Both the position numbers and the translations under genes were made by a program. 64,000 nucleotides of DNA from Gnetum montanum (Eukaryota; Plantae; Gnetophyta): NCBI GenBank assembly GCA_015680685.1, contig MNCI01003306.1, positions 924,756-988,755 on the forward strand. The letters run 5' to 3'. Of the stretch, positions 60,683 to 64,000 are shown one piece after another. Position 1 is the first letter of the stretch, and each line of letters opens with the position of its first letter. The notes beneath the pieces were generated by a model that was given only the letters and a program-made list of their open reading frames with translations, searched no databases and was not told the origin of the DNA.

Positions 60683-61409
60683 GTTACAGATGATTGATGC
60701 TAGCACATTCTCGATTTACGTATCTCTTGATATTTTCTAAATATCATGGTTTTAGATTTGGCTTTTAGTATTTAATCTCATGGATCTTGAGATGACTTCT
60801 TGTGGAGCATGTGCCCTATCCTTCAACTTATTCCAACTTGTGCATATGGATGTAGATCCAAGTGGTAGGAGCTCGAAGCTTGATGGTGATGTTGTTAGAT
60901 CTTTGGAGCTTTCCTTTATATTTTTAGATTTTGGTTATGTTATCATGTGATTTGATATGTTTGCACTTTTGTAATGATGGATATTATCAACTCTCTTTTG
61001 AGGCTATGGACTTGTTATGTTATGAAATTTCTTTATAGATTATGATTAATGGAATTGTTGCTTAAAGTACTCTGATATGAATTTTAGTTTTATCATGTAC
61101 TTTGATTAAGATTTATAATGCTTATGATGATCATTCTCCTTTGGTTATAAGCATTATGACACCACATGCTCAAGTAATAAGTTTTTTGTCATTAAAATTA
61201 GATTATTTAAGTATAAAATTTTGAGGTGTAACATATGTTTACCACCATAAGCCAAAAAAAATACTAAAAAACATCATAATACAACCTAAGGATAAGTAGA
61301 GTGTCCAAAATCATAATACCAAATCTACAAGCATCAATACTATAATCCACTATCACATCATGAGAAACTAGCATGCACTACACTTGGTATCATTATGTGA
61401 GTCATGTTG

Positions 61410-61937
61410 TTATGTGTAATCAGTATTAAATCTATCACAATACATACCCATTGAATTTTATATTATTAGTTTCAGCTAGTTTCAGTGCTAGACTAACAAT
61501 CCACTATTTGAAGTAATACTAGTGCTAGAGGCATACTAACAATCCTCTAACATTCTTGAGGAATAAAAATCCAATAGAGGTACTCACACTCCCTCTTTCC
61601 CATAGGGTGGGGCTTATGGTAAGAGCTACACTAATGGATCCTCATATGGAATAAATGGCTTTCTCATTGCTCTCCCAAACTCCATCTCCTCTTCTAAATT
61701 AGCTCTCTCTAACTTTCACTACTCAACTTGAATTGAAAGATGATGAAATCCTAGGCAACCCAATCCTCTTTTTATAGGTGCTAGAAATTTGAAATTCCCC
61801 CCAAGAGTCTTCAACCAAGTTTCCTTCTTTTTAGGCATTCTAACCATTTGTCACAATCCTCACTAAGTGGTGGATGAGTCACCTTCTCCACTTGTCACAC
61901 TTGTAGAATTCCACTTGCTTCACTTGTAGGCTTCCAN
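61410..61937 (-). repeat. Probable 3' LTR of element G (boundaries approximate; an N at 61938 may hide a gap)
   Basis: Non-coding and downstream of the integrase. CTATAAAAAG TATA-like box on the minus strand near 61770. cacttg repeats. Confidence 0.4.
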
Positions 61938-61938
61938 T

Positions 61939-64000
61939 TATATGCAAAACATTATATGGAAATTGCAATTCTGTGCCATCCAAGGTTGATAATTTGTAAG
62001 TATCCTCTGAAAATTGCTTTGTAATTTGAAAGGGACCAATCCATGTCAAGGTAACCTTATTCGGTTTCTTCATATTCCATAATAGGATAAGGTCCCCTAT
62101 CTTGAAATTTCTTTTCAGAGCTTTCCTATCAAACCATCTTCTAACTTGAGAGGTATTCTGTAATAAATTATCCCTTGCTTTATCTACTTCAGCTTCTCTT
62201 TTAATAAGAAAAGTCATGAAACTTCTATCTTTATCAGTTTTTTCGCTATATCTTTGTACAAATTTAGAAGCTGAGCTTACAATCTTATTTGTAATTCTAG
62301 CTGGCAAACCATAAACTAAGTTATACGATGATGTCCTAATAGCTTTCTTGAATCTAATTCGATCTAACCATAATGTGGATTGTAGATAATTGATCCAATT
62401 TCCTGGATTTCCATCCATCGATTTCTTGATATAAGCCATAAGCTTTTTATTGGTGGATTTTGCTAGGCCATTTCCTTGGGGATAGTATTTTGATGAGGAA
62501 AATAACAAAATAGATTTTTCTGATGCCCATATGATAAACTCTTCGAATTTGAAGGCGGGTCCATTGTCTGACACTAACACTTTGGGTAGACCAAATCTCC
62601 TTAGAATGTGGTCTTCTAGGAACTTAATCACATCTGATGCTAAACTTCCTCTTACAGCCTTTACTTTAGACCATTTAGTGAAATAATCAGTAGCTGTGAG
62701 AATAAACTTGTGTCCAGCTTTTGAAGGAGTAATTATTCCAATAAAATCCAAACCCCATTGCTGAAATGGTCTATCTGCAACTACTGGCTTCAAAAGGGCT
62801 CTAGCCTTTTTAATTTTGGGCCCATGAATTTGACATTTATAGCATTTCTAAATCTTCGAACTAATGTCTTGATACATGGAAGGCCAGTAATATTCATATC
62901 AAAGTATATGTTGCATAGTCGGCTTAGGGGATTTATAAAATAAATTCAAATGATCATGAAATTGTTCCAAAATGAAACTAATTTGGTCATTATGAATACA
63001 TTCCAATAAGACCCCTCGAAAATCCTTTCTATATAATATACCATCTTTAACAACGAATCTTTGTGCTCTTTTGAAGAAAGCTCTCTTTTGACTTGCAGTT
63101 AAATTGTTTGGGATTTTCCTTGTATTAAGAAACTTGAGAATTTCATCATACCAATTCTCTTCATGGGTATCAAGCGTACATACTTCACTTTCTCTAATCA
63201 TTAACTTGGCCAATCCCATTCCCTTAATTGTTTGGCATATTTCTAATGAAAATCTGAAACTTTGCAACTTTATAAGCCATTTTCCTTTTTTTAATCCAAT
63301 CTCATTTTGGGCTAGGAATCGCTTGACTGCAAGTTCAATTAGCATAATGTGGATTAATGAACTTTCCAAATAATATTTAAAATGTTGGAGTGCTTTGATG
63401 ACTGCAAAAGCTTATTTCTCTAAGTATGAATAACTTAATTCTAAACCTTTCAACTGATACCCAAAAAATCCAATTGGTTCATCTTGACCTTCATCATCTT
63501 TTTGTGTTAAAACGGCAACGATAGAATCATTCGAAGCAAAAGAATATAACCAAAAATCTTCTTTTAGCCTCGGCTTCACCAAATATGGAGCCTCTTGTAT
63601 AGCATTTTTAATTTCTGATAAAGCTCTCTCTNNNNNNNNNNNNNNNNNNNNNNNNNNNNNNNNNNNNNNNNNNNNNNNNNNNNNNNNNNNNNNNNNNNNN
63701 NNNNNNNNNNNNNNNNNNNNNNNNNNNNNNNNNNNNNNNNNNNNNNNNNNNNNNNNNNNNNNNNNNNNNNNNNNNNNNNNNNNNNNNNNNNNNNNNNNNN
63801 NNNNNNNNNNNNNNNNNNNNNNNNNNNNNNNNNNNNNNNNNNNNNNNNNNNNNNNNNNNNNNNNNNNNNNNNNNNNNNNNNNNNNNNNNNNNNNTGTTGG
63901 AGATGATTAATATGATCTTCCTTTTTCTTTGAGAATATTTTAATATCATCCAAATAAACCACCACAAATTCGCCTAATAAATCCTTAAATGCTAAATCCA
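61939..64000 (-). pseudogene. pol: Element G: Ty3/Gypsy pol (RT end, RNase H, integrase), less decayed; spans an assembly gap
   Basis: VVYLDD, RNase H region, NWYDEILKFL, PFQQWGLDFIG, ATDYFTKW, SDNGPAF, YYPQGNGLA, WIGPF. No aRH between RH and INT. Confidence 0.9.
63632..63894. other. Assembly gap (N run)
   Basis: Run of n. Confidence 0.98.

Larger units (their letters stand above)
18325..61233 (+). mobile_element. Solo LTR F (~2.25 kb when reassembled from 18325-19568, 50671-51129 and 60688-61233); hosts the virus and element C
   Basis: Termini TGTAATGCC...GGTGTAACA. 5-bp TSD TATGT at 18320-18324 and 61234-61238. No coding remnants seen in the three pieces. Confidence 0.7.

Noticed and set aside
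63576-63967. 119-129 aa ORFs at the window end
   Set aside because: Mostly X from the N gap. Only the VVYLDD RT fragment is real.

Overview
This is plant-type heterochromatin with no recognisable host gene. It is CpG/CHG-depleted, and most stop codons can be explained by C>T decay. A gymnosperm or fern host is plausible but cannot be proven from the sequence. The window is a nest of decayed reverse-transcribing elements whose order can be read from target-site duplications. A solo LTR F (18325-61233, TSD TATGT) sits inside the LTR of an older minus-strand Gypsy E. An endogenous caulimovirid (MP-CP-AP-RT-RNaseH plus an unknown ORF, tRNA-Met PBS, ~205-bp terminal direct repeats with TATA box and AATAAA) integrated into F. 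The virus was then split by a 20-kb Tat-type Gypsy B (20959-41032, TSD TTAAG) and by a non-autonomous element D (44507-49055, minus). A non-autonomous relative C (51130-60682, TSD GTTAC) also sits in F. Tat-type element A fills 1-17122, and a better-preserved Gypsy pol (G) ends the window. The most unusual signal is the architecture shared by two diverged Tat-like families (A and B). Gag-protease ends at a conserved natural stop. It is followed by a 6-10 kb insert carrying an ANTISENSE multi-intron gene with conserved exon structure and protein motifs. RT-RH-aRH-INT then restarts behind a splice acceptor. Each family also carries its own palindromic variant of an AGCGT(A/G)G motif, scattered through its LTR and non-coding DNA. 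Together these suggest a retrotransposon-encoded trans-factor/operator system, possibly anti-silencing (inference). All coordinates were read by eye; boundaries marked approximate may be off by a few bases.
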